This document shows positions 18,906 through 27,784 of a stretch of 32,000 bases of DNA, piece by piece; position 1 is the stretch's first letter; each line of letters begins with the position of its first letter. Position numbers and translations under genes: made by a program. The stretch covers positions 3,090,001 through 3,122,000 of the forward strand of contig NC_002939.5 in the NCBI RefSeq assembly GCF_000007985.2, written 5' to 3'. The DNA is from Geobacter sulfurreducens PCA. GTDB taxonomy: Bacteria; Desulfobacterota; Desulfuromonadia; Geobacterales; Geobacteraceae. The notes beneath the pieces are model-generated. The model was given only the letters and a program-made list of their open reading frames with translations. It did no database searches and had not been told where the DNA came from.

Positions 18906-20035
18906 AGCTGCAGCGGATTACAGCGGTTGCCCGAAAGGAGTTCATTCACGTCTTCCGGGACATCCGGAGCCTCATCATGGGAATCGCCATCCCGATGATG
19001 CTGCTCTTTCTCTTCGGCTACGCCCTGACCCTTGACGTGGACAACGTGCCCCTCGTGGTCTGGGATCAGAGCGCCACGCCCGCCAGCCGCGACCTGGTGA
19101 GCCGGTTCAGCGGTTCGCGCTATTTCTCGCTCAGGGGATACGCCGGTGACTACCGGGAGATCGAACGGGCCATCGACCGGCGCGACGCCCTTATGGCGCT
19201 CGTCATCCCCCGCGGCTTTGCCGGGGATCTCCAGGCGGGCCGCCAGGTCCGGGTCCAGGCCATTGTCGACGGAAGCGATTCCAATACGGCCACCACCGCC
19301 CTGGGCTATGCCGAATTCATCGTCAGCACGTACAGCCGGTCCCTCATCATCGCCCAGATCCGGCGCTCGGCCGATCAGCCGCCCCGCCCGCCGCTGGCCC
19401 CGGAACCGCGGGTCTGGTTCAATGCCGACCTGGTTTCCCGCAACGCCATCGTTCCCGGCCTCATCGCCGTCATCATGATGGTCATCGCCGCGCTCCTCAC
19501 CTCCCTCACCGTGGCGCGGGAGTGGGAAACCGGCACCATGGAGCAGCTCATCTCCACGCCTCTCACCGGGGCGGAGCTAATCATAGGCAAACTCGTCCCC
19601 TACTTCTGCATCGGCCTCTTCGACCTCGTGGTGGCGCTCCTGGCGGGGCGCTTCATCTTCCAGGTACCCACGCGGGGAGACCGGCCGCTGCTTCTGGCAA
19701 CGTCCATCCTCTTCCTCCTGGTGGCCCTGGCCCTCGGCGTCTTCATCAGCATCGTCGGCAAAAGTCAGTTCGCGGCCAGCCAATTCGCCATGGTGGCGAC
19801 GCTGCTCCCCGCCTTCCTCCTGTCGGGCTTCGTCTTCCCCATCGCCAACATGCCCATCCCCCTTCAGGCAATCACCCACGCCATCCCGGCCCGCTATTTC
19901 GTCACCATCCTGCGGGGGATCTATCTGAAGGGGATCGGGATCAGGGTGCTGGCCGGCGACATCCTCTTCCTGGCCGTGTTCGGGACGCTCATTTTCGCCC
20001 TGGCCGTACGGAAGTTCCGCAAAAAAATGGGCTAG
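18902..20035 (+). CDS. ABC-2 type transporter permease (YbhS/YbhR-like), copy 1
   Basis: 377 aa. N-terminal TM, large periplasmic loop, then five TMs. The EWETGTMEQLISTP motif is typical of the ABC-2 family. Confidence 0.85.
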   Translation: MKLQRITAVARKEFIHVFRDIRSLIMGIAIPMMLLFLFGYALTLDVDNVPLVVWDQSATPASRDLVSRFSGSRYFSLRGYAGDYREIERAIDRRDALMALVIPRGFAGDLQAGRQVRVQAIVDGSDSNTATTALGYAEFIVSTYSRSLIIAQIRRSADQPPRPPLAPEPRVWFNADLVSRNAIVPGLIAVIMMVIAALLTSLTVAREWETGTMEQLISTPLTGAELIIGKLVPYFCIGLFDLVVALLAGRFIFQVPTRGDRPLLLATSILFLLVALALGVFISIVGKSQFAASQFAMVATLLPAFLLSGFVFPIANMPIPLQAITHAIPARYFVTILRGIYLKGIGIRVLAGDILFLAVFGTLIFALAVRKFRKKMG

Positions 20036-20037
20036 CC

Positions 20038-21168
20038 ATGTTTGATCGCTTGAAAACCATGCTCATAAAAGAGGCAATCCAGATCCTGCGGGACCCGAAG
20101 ATGCGGTTCATCATCCTCGTTATCCCGGCGATCCAGATCACCCTCTTCGGCTACGCAGTCAACACCGATGTCAAGCACATCGCCACGGCGGTTTACGATC
20201 TGGACAACAGTGCCCTGAGCCGCGACCTCGTTGCCCGGCTGGAGCGCTCCGGCTACTTCGACATCGTCCAGCGGGTGCAGCGGGGGGATGAACTGCGCGA
20301 TCTGCTGGATCGGGGAAAAGTTCGGGCCGCGGTGCAGATAAATCGGGGATTCGAAGAGAACATCCGCGCCGGGCGAACCGCAACGCTCCCGATTATTGTC
20401 GACGGCACTGACCCGAGCACCGCCAGGATCGTCGTGAGCTATTCGGTAACCATTGCCGAACGGTTCAGCGATCAGATCCTGACCGACTATTCCCTGCGAA
20501 AGAGCGGCAGGACCACGGGAGGCAACGGCATCGAACTGGAAAGCCGCGCGTGGTTCAACGCAAACCTGGAGAGCCGCAACTACTATGTTCCGGGGGTCAT
20601 CGCCTCAATGGTCCTGATCACCACAATGATGCTCTCCAGCATGGCCGTGGTGCGCGAAAAGGAAATCGGCACCATGGAGCAGATCATCGTCACGCCAATC
20701 CAGCGATGGGAATTCATTGTCGGCAAATTGGTGCCGTTCGCTATCGTGGGCTACATCAACGTCACCATCGTGACCTGCATTGCGCTCTTCTGGTTCAAAA
20801 TCCCTCTCAGGGGCAGTATCCTATTGCTCATCGGCTCAACCGCCCTGTTCCTGATGAGCACCCTCGGATTCGGGCTGCTCATATCAACCATCAGCCGGAC
20901 ACAGCAGCAGGCCATGATGAGTTCGTTCATGTTCACGTTCCCGGCCATGCTCCTGTCGGGCTTTGCGTTTCCCATCGAAAACATGCCCACGAGCATCCAG
21001 TATGCCACCTATCTGAACCCGCTCCGCTACTACCTCGTCATTGTTCGAGGTATTTTCCTCAAAGGGATCGGTCTCGGCATCTTGTGGCCTCAGCTAGCCG
21101 CATTGGCACTGCTGGGTTCGGTCGTGCTGCTCTTTGCGGTCGGTCGATTCAAAAAATCGGTGGGGTAA
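20038..21168 (+). CDS. ABC-2 type transporter permease (YbhS/YbhR-like), copy 2
   Basis: Start set at ATG 20038 (MFDRLKTMLIKE), 2 nt after the previous stop. Paralogous to the preceding permease (REKEIGTMEQIIVTP). The long upstream in-frame extension in the ORF track overlaps the previous gene. Confidence 0.85.
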   Translation: MFDRLKTMLIKEAIQILRDPKMRFIILVIPAIQITLFGYAVNTDVKHIATAVYDLDNSALSRDLVARLERSGYFDIVQRVQRGDELRDLLDRGKVRAAVQINRGFEENIRAGRTATLPIIVDGTDPSTARIVVSYSVTIAERFSDQILTDYSLRKSGRTTGGNGIELESRAWFNANLESRNYYVPGVIASMVLITTMMLSSMAVVREKEIGTMEQIIVTPIQRWEFIVGKLVPFAIVGYINVTIVTCIALFWFKIPLRGSILLLIGSTALFLMSTLGFGLLISTISRTQQQAMMSSFMFTFPAMLLSGFAFPIENMPTSIQYATYLNPLRYYLVIVRGIFLKGIGLGILWPQLAALALLGSVVLLFAVGRFKKSVG

Positions 21169-21186
21169 CCCGTCACTTCTCGAACG

Positions 21187-21213
21187 AAAAACGCCCCGGA
21201 TTGCTCCGGGGCG
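21187..21213 (-). terminator. Terminator hairpin between convergent genes (canonical for the minus-strand ferritin-like gene)
   Basis: CGCCCCGGA-TTGC-TCCGGGGCG. On the minus strand it is followed by TTTTTCGTT. On the plus strand it has no U-tract. Confidence 0.6.
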
Positions 21214-21243
21214 CTCAGCTGAATGCCAAGACAATACTCACTG

Positions 21244-21585
21244 TCAGGACTTTTTCGATTTCCCACCCTTGGTCTTGGCCCGCTTTTTCACCTCTTCCGC
21301 GAGTTCCTCAACCTCCTCGGCTCCTTCTGCGTAAAACTTTTCCTCATCAGGGGCCAAGTGATAGAGCAGCTTCAGGAACTCGCCGGCATGAACCCGCTCC
21401 TCATCGGCAATATCCTTGAGAACGGCAATGGCGAGTTCGTCGTCCGTGGACTCGGCCAACTGCATGTAGAGTTGGATCGCCTCGTACTCGGCTGCAACCA
21501 TGAAGCGGATTGCCCGTACGAGCTCCGCGTGGGTCAGTTTGCGTCCATTGGCTAGTCCGGCAAAAGGATTTCCGAAGTCAGGCAT
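21244..21585 (-). CDS. Small ferritin-like (rubrerythrin/encapsulated-ferritin-type two-helix) protein with Lys-rich tail
   Basis: Start set at ATG 21585, preceded by GGGAGGT with a 5-nt spacer. Di-iron-type motifs AAEYEAIQLY and DIADEERVHAGEF (E...ExxH). C-terminus EEVKKRAKTKGGKSKKS. Confidence 0.55.
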   Translation of the reverse strand: MPDFGNPFAGLANGRKLTHAELVRAIRFMVAAEYEAIQLYMQLAESTDDELAIAVLKDIADEERVHAGEFLKLLYHLAPDEEKFYAEGAEEVEELAEEVKKRAKTKGGKSKKS

Positions 21586-21702
21586 GTGATACCTCCCTTT
21601 CCATGGTTTCATCGCGTTCCCGCGGAATACGTCCGGCACTCATTGTCGAAAGCGGCGGAGTGACCGCTGCCCTCAGGAGACGCATCGCCACCCGGCCGCC
21701 AA

Positions 21703-22563
21703 TCATCCGTTCACTGCGCCGGGGTCCCGACAGGTTTCATACTTGACGGCTCCGCCACCGGCACGACTTGCGGAATCGGCAAGTTTCACCCCGCGTCTCA
21801 CCATCTCGTCCGTCGACTCCGGCGCTGCCTCGTACGTTACCGCACCGACGCCAAAGCGCAGCTGCCACCGCCGGTCACGCTGCACCGCTGCAAGGAGGCC
21901 CAGTATCTTCTGAACCACAACCTTTGACGGATCGTGGGTAGCCTCGGGCAGCAGCGCCGCCAGGGTGAACTCGTCAAGCCGGGCGAACAGATCGGTTTCC
22001 CGAAGCTGCGGCCTGATGGCTACAGCTGCCGCAGGCATGATATCCCGCAAAGAGCCTGGCCCGACCGCCTGTTCGCCATTAGGCGGGCTGAATCTGATAA
22101 CGATGAATGTAAAAGGTCGGCCGTACCGTTTCGACCTGCTGATTTCGCTCCGGGCGAGCTCTTCGAAGCAGGTGCGCGTGGCAAGGCCGGTCAGCAGATC
22201 GGTCCGCGCCGTTGCCGCCATGAACCGGCGGGATTTTTTGACCGTATCTACCAGAAAAACGATTGCGAGCAGCAGTCCGAATTGCCACAGAAGCGTCCAC
22301 AGCGTAGGGCCGGGCTTCAACTCTTCACCCATGAACACGCCGTTTGCCAGCCCCCAGACGATTCCGCCGGCGCAGGCGGCCGCAAAACCGGCCGTGCGCG
22401 CACCATACCAGGTCACGAGAGCCACGGGGATGGCATAGAACGGTTCAAATCCCGGACCGTCAGCCAAGTGGTCGACCAAGCCGAAAAGAATGAGGAGCAC
22501 GTAGCCAAGCGCCACCAGCACTTGACGCGACTGTCGTTCTACGAACTCCGTCAATTCAGTCAT
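21703..22563 (-). CDS. Membrane-anchored degenerate GGDEF-domain protein (A-site lost, RxxD I-site kept)
   Basis: About 4 N-terminal TM helices, then a GGDEF fold (DLLTGLATR...). The signature reads RETD-LFARL-DEF, so the two Gly residues of GGDEF are absent. The usual LDIDhFK metal-site block reads IVIRFSP. Confidence 0.75.
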   Translation of the reverse strand: MTELTEFVERQSRQVLVALGYVLLILFGLVDHLADGPGFEPFYAIPVALVTWYGARTAGFAAACAGGIVWGLANGVFMGEELKPGPTLWTLLWQFGLLLAIVFLVDTVKKSRRFMAATARTDLLTGLATRTCFEELARSEISRSKRYGRPFTFIVIRFSPPNGEQAVGPGSLRDIMPAAAVAIRPQLRETDLFARLDEFTLAALLPEATHDPSKVVVQKILGLLAAVQRDRRWQLRFGVGAVTYEAAPESTDEMVRRGVKLADSASRAGGGAVKYETCRDPGAVNG

Positions 22564-22690
22564 ACGATCACCCGTCTCCGCGGCTGCCCCCCCGGAGTCT
22601 CCTTGGGCGCCCCTGGTTATTCCGACTGTCCCGGCTGGATATTCTTACCAGAAATCAGGACGTTCATCAATAACTTGCTTGTACGTGCCG

Positions 22691-24076
22691 TTATTTACAC
22701 AGAGCTATTCCCGCACATGTGGCAGGACTAATAATCACCCGGCGTTCGTAGGCATCTGTATCGAACTTTCTCCGGCAGCCGTCGCGGCTCATGAAGCGAA
22801 TCGTGCCAAAGACGGGTCTCTCTGCCCAGGGACGATCATGGACACCGCCGATGCTCCAGGCAATGCCAGCGTATCCGTTGGGGTCCCTGCCGTCGAGCTG
22901 ATAGCGGTCGTTGAGTTGAATGGCAATCATGAGGGCATCTTCGGGCGAAGAGGTCCACTCGAGCAGTTTCTTTGCCCAGTACATTCTCAGGTAGCCGTGC
23001 ATCCTGCCCCAGCGTACCATTTCCAGTTGTGCTGCATTCCAGAGAGAATCGTGGGTCTGTCCCTGCTCCAGCACGTCATGCTCATAGCACTGGGGGCGAG
23101 GATCGTGCCGATGCCGGTTGAGGGTTCTTTGCGCCCACTCGGGAAAACCGTCGAAGCGGTCGTAGGCATCGTTGTAATAGCAAAAATTGTCGGCAAGCTC
23201 CCGACGTACGATCAATTCTTCAAGAAAGGCATCACGCGATTCTATCGGCGCGGCGGCAGCAAACGCTGCCTGCGCGACCCTCTGGGCGGAAAGCTGGCCG
23301 AAATGGAGCCAGGGGGATAATCCCGACTGTCCCATTACTGCAGGATTATTGCGCCGGGTTGCGTAGCCCGCCAGACCGTCTTCAAGAAATCTGGCCAAAG
23401 CGGCCTGCGCTGCCTCTTCTCCCGACGCGAGCCAGCTGACCTCGGGCACCGATTCGTCCAAGGTCATCCCCGTAAAAGTCTCACGCCACTCGGCGTCTGA
23501 AGGCAGCGCTCCCTGCCACGGAAACGGGTGACGTTGCAGAGGCGGAAACGGCTCCATGAAATCGGGAAGCAGCCGGTGTATCTTTGGGCGGATGGTGTAT
23601 GCCCCCCACTCCTGACGCTGTGATGTGATCCAGCAGGGGACTATATTATGGGCATCCACCTCGTCGAACGGGATTGATATCTCCCCTGCCACCTGCCGTT
23701 TCCACTCCCGTTTGACACGAAGCGGATCAAAATCGGTAACCAGATACGAAACCCTGTGCCGCCTCGTGAAGGCCGCGACCGCCCCCTTGGGATCACCGGT
23801 CACGAGAAAGAAGGGAATATCAAGCCGATTCAGCGCGGCCCGAACCTGCTCCAGCCCTTTGAGCATGAACCGATACTGGCGTGCGGTCGCGCCGAGAAAA
23901 CGTGGGGCAAGACAGAAGAGCACCCCAAGCGGTGCGCTACGGGCCAGTGCGAGCTTCTGGGCGTGGATTAAAGCCCAGTTGTCGGCAACGCGCTGGTCCC
24001 TGCTCATCCAGTATATCACCGGCCCGGCCGTGGCCTCCCCCCCCTGAAGCAGGGAACGAATCCGTCCGCAGTTCAT
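22691..24076 (-). CDS. phr: Deoxyribodipyrimidine photolyase, class II
   Basis: 461 aa. Class II CPD-photolyase blocks: VIYWMSRDQRVADNWAL, LSPWLHFGQLSAQR, WNAAQLEMV..GRMHGYLRMYWAKK, YAGIAWSIGGVHDRPW. Confidence 0.9.
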   Translation of the reverse strand: MNCGRIRSLLQGGEATAGPVIYWMSRDQRVADNWALIHAQKLALARSAPLGVLFCLAPRFLGATARQYRFMLKGLEQVRAALNRLDIPFFLVTGDPKGAVAAFTRRHRVSYLVTDFDPLRVKREWKRQVAGEISIPFDEVDAHNIVPCWITSQRQEWGAYTIRPKIHRLLPDFMEPFPPLQRHPFPWQGALPSDAEWRETFTGMTLDESVPEVSWLASGEEAAQAALARFLEDGLAGYATRRNNPAVMGQSGLSPWLHFGQLSAQRVAQAAFAAAAPIESRDAFLEELIVRRELADNFCYYNDAYDRFDGFPEWAQRTLNRHRHDPRPQCYEHDVLEQGQTHDSLWNAAQLEMVRWGRMHGYLRMYWAKKLLEWTSSPEDALMIAIQLNDRYQLDGRDPNGYAGIAWSIGGVHDRPWAERPVFGTIRFMSRDGCRRKFDTDAYERRVIISPATCAGIALCK

Positions 24077-24171
24077 GGTCCCCCCAGTGACTGTCGAAGT
24101 TCAGGAACATTATTGTATCGCTCCCCCGAGACGATGCAACCGCCTTTCAGCGGAGCGTATCATTCCACGGC

Positions 24172-24198
24172 TCAAGTCCTGGCGCCCGGCGCCGATGA
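24172..24198 (+). promoter_or_regulatory. Candidate sigma28 (FliA)-type promoter
   Basis: TCAAGTCC-N11-GCCGATGA against the consensus TAAAGTTT-N11-GCCGATAA. About 100 nt upstream of the small YjfB-like ORF. Confidence 0.45.
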
Positions 24199-24296
24199 GA
24201 TATCAGAGGGGACATGCGTAGGATATATCCGACACGCCTAGTGACTATCGGTTGGGTTCATCTCGATATGGCCTGACGTCGGAAAGGAGGGCTCAC

Positions 24297-24476
24297 GTGA
24301 ACATAAGCAGCGTAGCATCCGGCATCTCGGTTGCGCGAGCAGCTGAATCATCCGTGCTTGTAGCGGATAAGGTACTGGAGTCTCAGAAACTGGAGGGGCG
24401 TGCAGCTGTTTCGCTCATCAGCGGTGCGGGCGCTGTGGCCGGCAGCTCGGGCGCACTTATTGACGTGTACGTGTAA
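24297..24476 (+). CDS. Small YjfB-like (putative motility protein family) ORF, 59 aa
   Basis: GTG 24297 preceded by a strong SD GGAAAGGAGG with a 6-nt spacer. The sequence pattern ...SVLVADKVLESQKLEGRAAVSLI...GALIDVYV resembles the YjfB small-protein family. Followed by a strong hairpin. Confidence 0.5.
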   Translation: MNISSVASGISVARAAESSVLVADKVLESQKLEGRAAVSLISGAGAVAGSSGALIDVYV

Positions 24477-24491
24477 CCTATCGGGTTAGCG

Positions 24492-24524
24492 CAAAAAGAG
24501 AGGCACGGTTTCCCGTGCCTCTCT
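24492..24524. terminator. Bidirectional terminator (rplQ operon end / small ORF end)
   Basis: 12-bp stem AGAGAGGCACGG-TTTC-CCGTGCCTCTCT. On the minus strand it is followed by TTTTTGCGC (canonical). On the plus strand it is followed by GTTGCAT (weaker). Confidence 0.75.
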
Positions 24525-24550
24525 GTTGCATACTCAGCTATCGTGCAGGC

Positions 24551-25078
24551 TTAGTCGGCCTTGGCTTCGCACTCCTCTGCCGGATCCTTGACTTCGGAGA
24601 TTTCGACTTCAGGCTCTTGGGGCTGCGCAGCGGCAGCCTCGCGCGTTTCCTCTACCGCAGGTTTGGTGGCAACAGCTTGCGCAGGCGCAGTCGGCTTGCT
24701 CTTCTTCACCTTCTTCTCGAACTGTTCTTCAACGAGTTCGATTACGGAAAGAGGTGCACAATCACCTGGCCGGATGCCCAGCTTGATGATACGGGTATAG
24801 CCTCCGTCGCGCTCTTTATAACGGGGCGCGATAGTGGAGAAAAGCTTAGTGACGACCTTCTTGTCGCGAATATATGAGGCTGCCTGACGCACCGCGTGGA
24901 GATCACCCCTTTTGCCGAGGGTGATCATCTTCTCGGCTATGGAGCGCAGCTCCTTTGCCTTGGCATCAGTCGTAGTGATCCGCTCGTGGGCAAAGAGCGA
25001 GGTCACCATGTTCCTGAACATGGCGATACGGTGACTCGTCGTTCTTCCCAGCCTTCTTCCCGCCTTATTGTGACGCAT
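24551..25078 (-). CDS. rplQ: 50S ribosomal protein L17 with about 55-aa low-complexity C-terminal extension
   Basis: [24 protein letters not shown]... is the canonical L17 core up to about residue 120, followed by an Ala/Pro/Glu-rich tail. Confidence 0.95.
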   Translation of the reverse strand: MRHNKAGRRLGRTTSHRIAMFRNMVTSLFAHERITTTDAKAKELRSIAEKMITLGKRGDLHAVRQAASYIRDKKVVTKLFSTIAPRYKERDGGYTRIIKLGIRPGDCAPLSVIELVEEQFEKKVKKSKPTAPAQAVATKPAVEETREAAAAQPQEPEVEISEVKDPAEECEAKAD

Positions 25079-25112
25079 GACCTATGTTCCTTTCTTCCGG
25101 CAACCGTACGAA

Positions 25113-26135
25113 TTATTCTTCATCCTTGCGCTCGCCGCGCAGCCTGCGCATGACTTCCGGATCGGGGAACCCTTCCAGTTTCATACCAAGCGTAAGGCCC
25201 ATCTCAGCGAGTATATCCTTGATCTCGTTCAACGACTTGCGGCCGAAGTTCTGCGTTTTGAGCATCTCGGCCTCGGTCCGGGACACAAGCTCGCCAATAA
25301 GCTTAATGCCTGCGTTCTTGAGGCAGTTAGCAGAGCGCACGGAAAGCTCGAGTTCATCGACCGAACGATAGAGGTTCTCGTTGATGGGGCTTTCCCCTTC
25401 GCCAACTTCAGCCTCGCCGCTCGGTTCAGCTTCCTCGTCAAAGTTAATGAAAATGCTCAGTTGTTCCTTGAGGATCTTGGCGGCAAAGGCGACCGCGTCT
25501 TCCGGGATCACGCTGCCGTTGGTCCACACCTCAAGCGTCAGCTTGTCATAATCGGTCATCTGACCGACGCGGGCGTTTGAAACCGTAAAGTTAACCTTGC
25601 GGATCGGTGAAAACAGGGCATCAATCGGAATCGTGCCAACGGGAGCCTTCTCATCGCGATTCCGGTCTGCGGGCACATAGCCCTTGCCAACCTTCACCAC
25701 CATCTCCATTTCAAGATTTGCATCCTTGGAGCATGTGGCGATGTGGTGTTCCGGATTCAGGATCTCGACTTGGGGGTCGGTAATGATATCACCTGCCGTG
25801 ATAATACCGTCACCCTTATGGATAATCCGGACGGTCTTAGGCTCAGTACCGTACATTTTGAGGCTGACGCCCTTAAGGTTGAGAATGATATTGGTAACAT
25901 CCTCGGTTACGCCGGGGATGGAAGAAAATTCGTGAAGCACCCCCTTGATCCTTACAGAGGTAATTCCTGCACCTTGGAGCGAAGAAAGCAAGACCCTGCG
26001 AAGTGAGTTGCCGAGAGTCGTGCCGAATCCGCGCTCAAACGGTTCTGCATAAAATTTTCCATATTTATTGGTAAGCGTCTCGCTTTCAACCTGAAGTTTC
26101 TTCGGACTGATCAGGTCGCGCCAGTTTCTATACAT
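25113..26135 (-). CDS. rpoA: DNA-directed RNA polymerase subunit alpha
   Basis: 340 aa. [20 protein letters not shown], and a C-terminal domain with [11 protein letters not shown]...IGELV. Confidence 0.97.
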   Translation of the reverse strand: MYRNWRDLISPKKLQVESETLTNKYGKFYAEPFERGFGTTLGNSLRRVLLSSLQGAGITSVRIKGVLHEFSSIPGVTEDVTNIILNLKGVSLKMYGTEPKTVRIIHKGDGIITAGDIITDPQVEILNPEHHIATCSKDANLEMEMVVKVGKGYVPADRNRDEKAPVGTIPIDALFSPIRKVNFTVSNARVGQMTDYDKLTLEVWTNGSVIPEDAVAFAAKILKEQLSIFINFDEEAEPSGEAEVGEGESPINENLYRSVDELELSVRSANCLKNAGIKLIGELVSRTEAEMLKTQNFGRKSLNEIKDILAEMGLTLGMKLEGFPDPEVMRRLRGERKDEE

Positions 26136-26167
26136 GTATATCCTCCCTGTGACGGGTTATGCGAACA

Positions 26168-26794
26168 TTACTTCGAATAGAGCTCGACGATCAGTTGCTC
26201 CTGGATCGGCATCGTAATGTCTTCACGCACGGGAAGAGTTTTCACGACACCTTTGTAAGCGTCCTTCTCAAGCTCAAGCCACTGGGGAATGCCCCTGCGC
26301 ACAACCGCATCAAGAGACTCATTGATACACGCTATCTTCCGGCTTTTTTCCTTGAGTTCAACGACATCGCCAGCACGGAGCTGGATCGAAGGAATATTCG
26401 CCTTCTTGCCGTTCAGCGTGAAGTGATTATGCCGAACGAGGATTCTGGCCTCGGTGCGGGAAGCGGCAAAACCAAGCCGGTACACCACATTGTCCAGACG
26501 GCGCTCAAGCAGCGAGAGCAGATTCTCACCAGTAACTCCCTTGAGACGATCCGCCTCTTGGAAATAGCTCCGAAATTGCTTCTCGAGGATGCCGTAGATC
26601 CTCCTCACTTTTTGCTTTTCGCGCAGCTGAACGCCGTAGTTGGAGACCTTCGGCCGTCCCTGCCCATGCTGTCCCGGCGGATAATTACGCCGCTTAATGG
26701 CACACTTATCGGTATAGCACCGCTCACCCTTCAGAAACAGCTCCATGTTCTCCCTTCTGCACAGCCGGCAGGAAGGACCTGTATATCTAGCCAA
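26168..26794 (-). CDS. rpsD: 30S ribosomal protein S4
   Basis: [15 protein letters not shown]...[10 protein letters not shown], plus an S4 RNA-binding domain. Confidence 0.97.
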   Translation of the reverse strand: MARYTGPSCRLCRRENMELFLKGERCYTDKCAIKRRNYPPGQHGQGRPKVSNYGVQLREKQKVRRIYGILEKQFRSYFQEADRLKGVTGENLLSLLERRLDNVVYRLGFAASRTEARILVRHNHFTLNGKKANIPSIQLRAGDVVELKEKSRKIACINESLDAVVRRGIPQWLELEKDAYKGVVKTLPVREDITMPIQEQLIVELYSK

Positions 26795-26831
26795 CTCTGA
26801 CCTCCTTATTCGTGTCTATAAATGAGAAATG

Positions 26832-27227
26832 TTAGACTCTTCTGCGCTTGGGAGGACGGCAGCCGTTATGAGGAATCGGCGTCACGTCCCGTATGAAATT
26901 GACGTGGAAGCCGGCAGCCTGGAGTGCGCGAAGGGCCGACTCGCGTCCGGACCCCGGTCCCTTTACGAAAACCTCCACGCTCCGCATGCCATGCTCCTGA
27001 GCCTTGCGTGCACACTCCTCAGCCGCGATCTGAGCGGCGAAGGGAGTGCTCTTGCGCGACCCCTTGAAGCCCTTGGAGCCGGCTGAAGACCATGCCACGA
27101 CGTTCCCCACGGGATCGGTGATGGTTATGATCGTATTGTTAAACGTTGCCTGGATATGTGCAACGCCGTTGGGGATATTCTTCTTTTCCTTTTTTTTCCT
27201 AACGACTTTTTTAGAAGGGCTAGCCAT
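26832..27227 (-). CDS. rpsK: 30S ribosomal protein S11
   Basis: [18 protein letters not shown]...[14 protein letters not shown]...[17 protein letters not shown]. Confidence 0.97.
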   Translation of the reverse strand: MASPSKKVVRKKKEKKNIPNGVAHIQATFNNTIITITDPVGNVVAWSSAGSKGFKGSRKSTPFAAQIAAEECARKAQEHGMRSVEVFVKGPGSGRESALRALQAAGFHVNFIRDVTPIPHNGCRPPKRRRV

Positions 27228-27248
27228 TATTCCTCCAGAATGCTTGTT

Positions 27249-27617
27249 CTATTTCTTCTTGCCTGCAACAGTTCTGGCAGGCCCTTTGCGCGTACGGGCA
27301 TTGGTCTTGGTCCGTTGGCCACGCACCGGAAGCCCTTTCCGATGGCGCAAGCCGCGATAGCATCCAAGATCCATGAGACGCTTAATATCCATGGACACAT
27401 CGCGACGGAGGTCACCCTCCACCTTGAGGTTCTTGTCGATGTAGTCCCTGATCTTGGCGACCTCTGACTCGGCAAGATTGTCGGTCCGCGTGTCTGCGCT
27501 AACGCCGGTCTCGGCCAGAATCCGCTGAGCGGTCGTGCGCCCGATTCCGAAAATGTACGTGAGCGCTATCTCAATGCGCTTATTCCTCGGTAGGTCAATG
27601 CCTGCAATGCGTGCCAA
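27249..27617 (-). CDS. rpsM: 30S ribosomal protein S13
   Basis: [26 protein letters not shown]...[23 protein letters not shown]. Confidence 0.97.
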   Translation of the reverse strand: MARIAGIDLPRNKRIEIALTYIFGIGRTTAQRILAETGVSADTRTDNLAESEVAKIRDYIDKNLKVEGDLRRDVSMDIKRLMDLGCYRGLRHRKGLPVRGQRTKTNARTRKGPARTVAGKKK

Positions 27618-27640
27618 TGCCAGCTCCTCCTCTTAGTCTC

Positions 27641-27754
27641 TTAACCCTGTCTTTGGGAATGCTTCGGGGTTTCACAAATAACGCGCACAACACCCTTGCG
27701 TTTAACAATTTTGCACTTGTCGCAAATCTTTTTTACGGATGCCCTGACTTTCAT
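27641..27754 (-). CDS. rpmJ: 50S ribosomal protein L36
   Basis: Not in the ORF track because it is too short. Hand translation of the minus strand gives [37 protein letters not shown], stop TAA. Confidence 0.9.
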   Translation of the reverse strand: MKVRASVKKICDKCKIVKRKGVVRVICETPKHSQRQG

Positions 27755-27784
27755 AGACATTTCCTTTCGCGTGCTTCGCTGGTG

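Noticed and set aside
19522-20037. 172-codon in-frame N-terminal extension of the second ABC-2 permease in the ORF track.
   Set aside because: It overlaps the first permease in another frame, and its translation is Arg/Pro/Gly-rich low-complexity sequence. A proper ATG (20038) sits 2 nt after the upstream stop and begins a sequence paralogous to the N-terminus of the first permease.
21244-21639. Ferritin-like gene as encapsulin cargo, and the longer 131-aa version starting at 21639.
   Set aside because: There is no encapsulin shell gene in the window and no hydrophobic C-terminal targeting peptide. The ATG at 21585 has the GGGAGGT SD, while 21639 has none.
24252-24296. TTG start at 24252 for the small ORF (74-aa version).
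   Set aside because: It has no RBS. The strong GGAAAGGAGG SD is positioned for the GTG at 24297.
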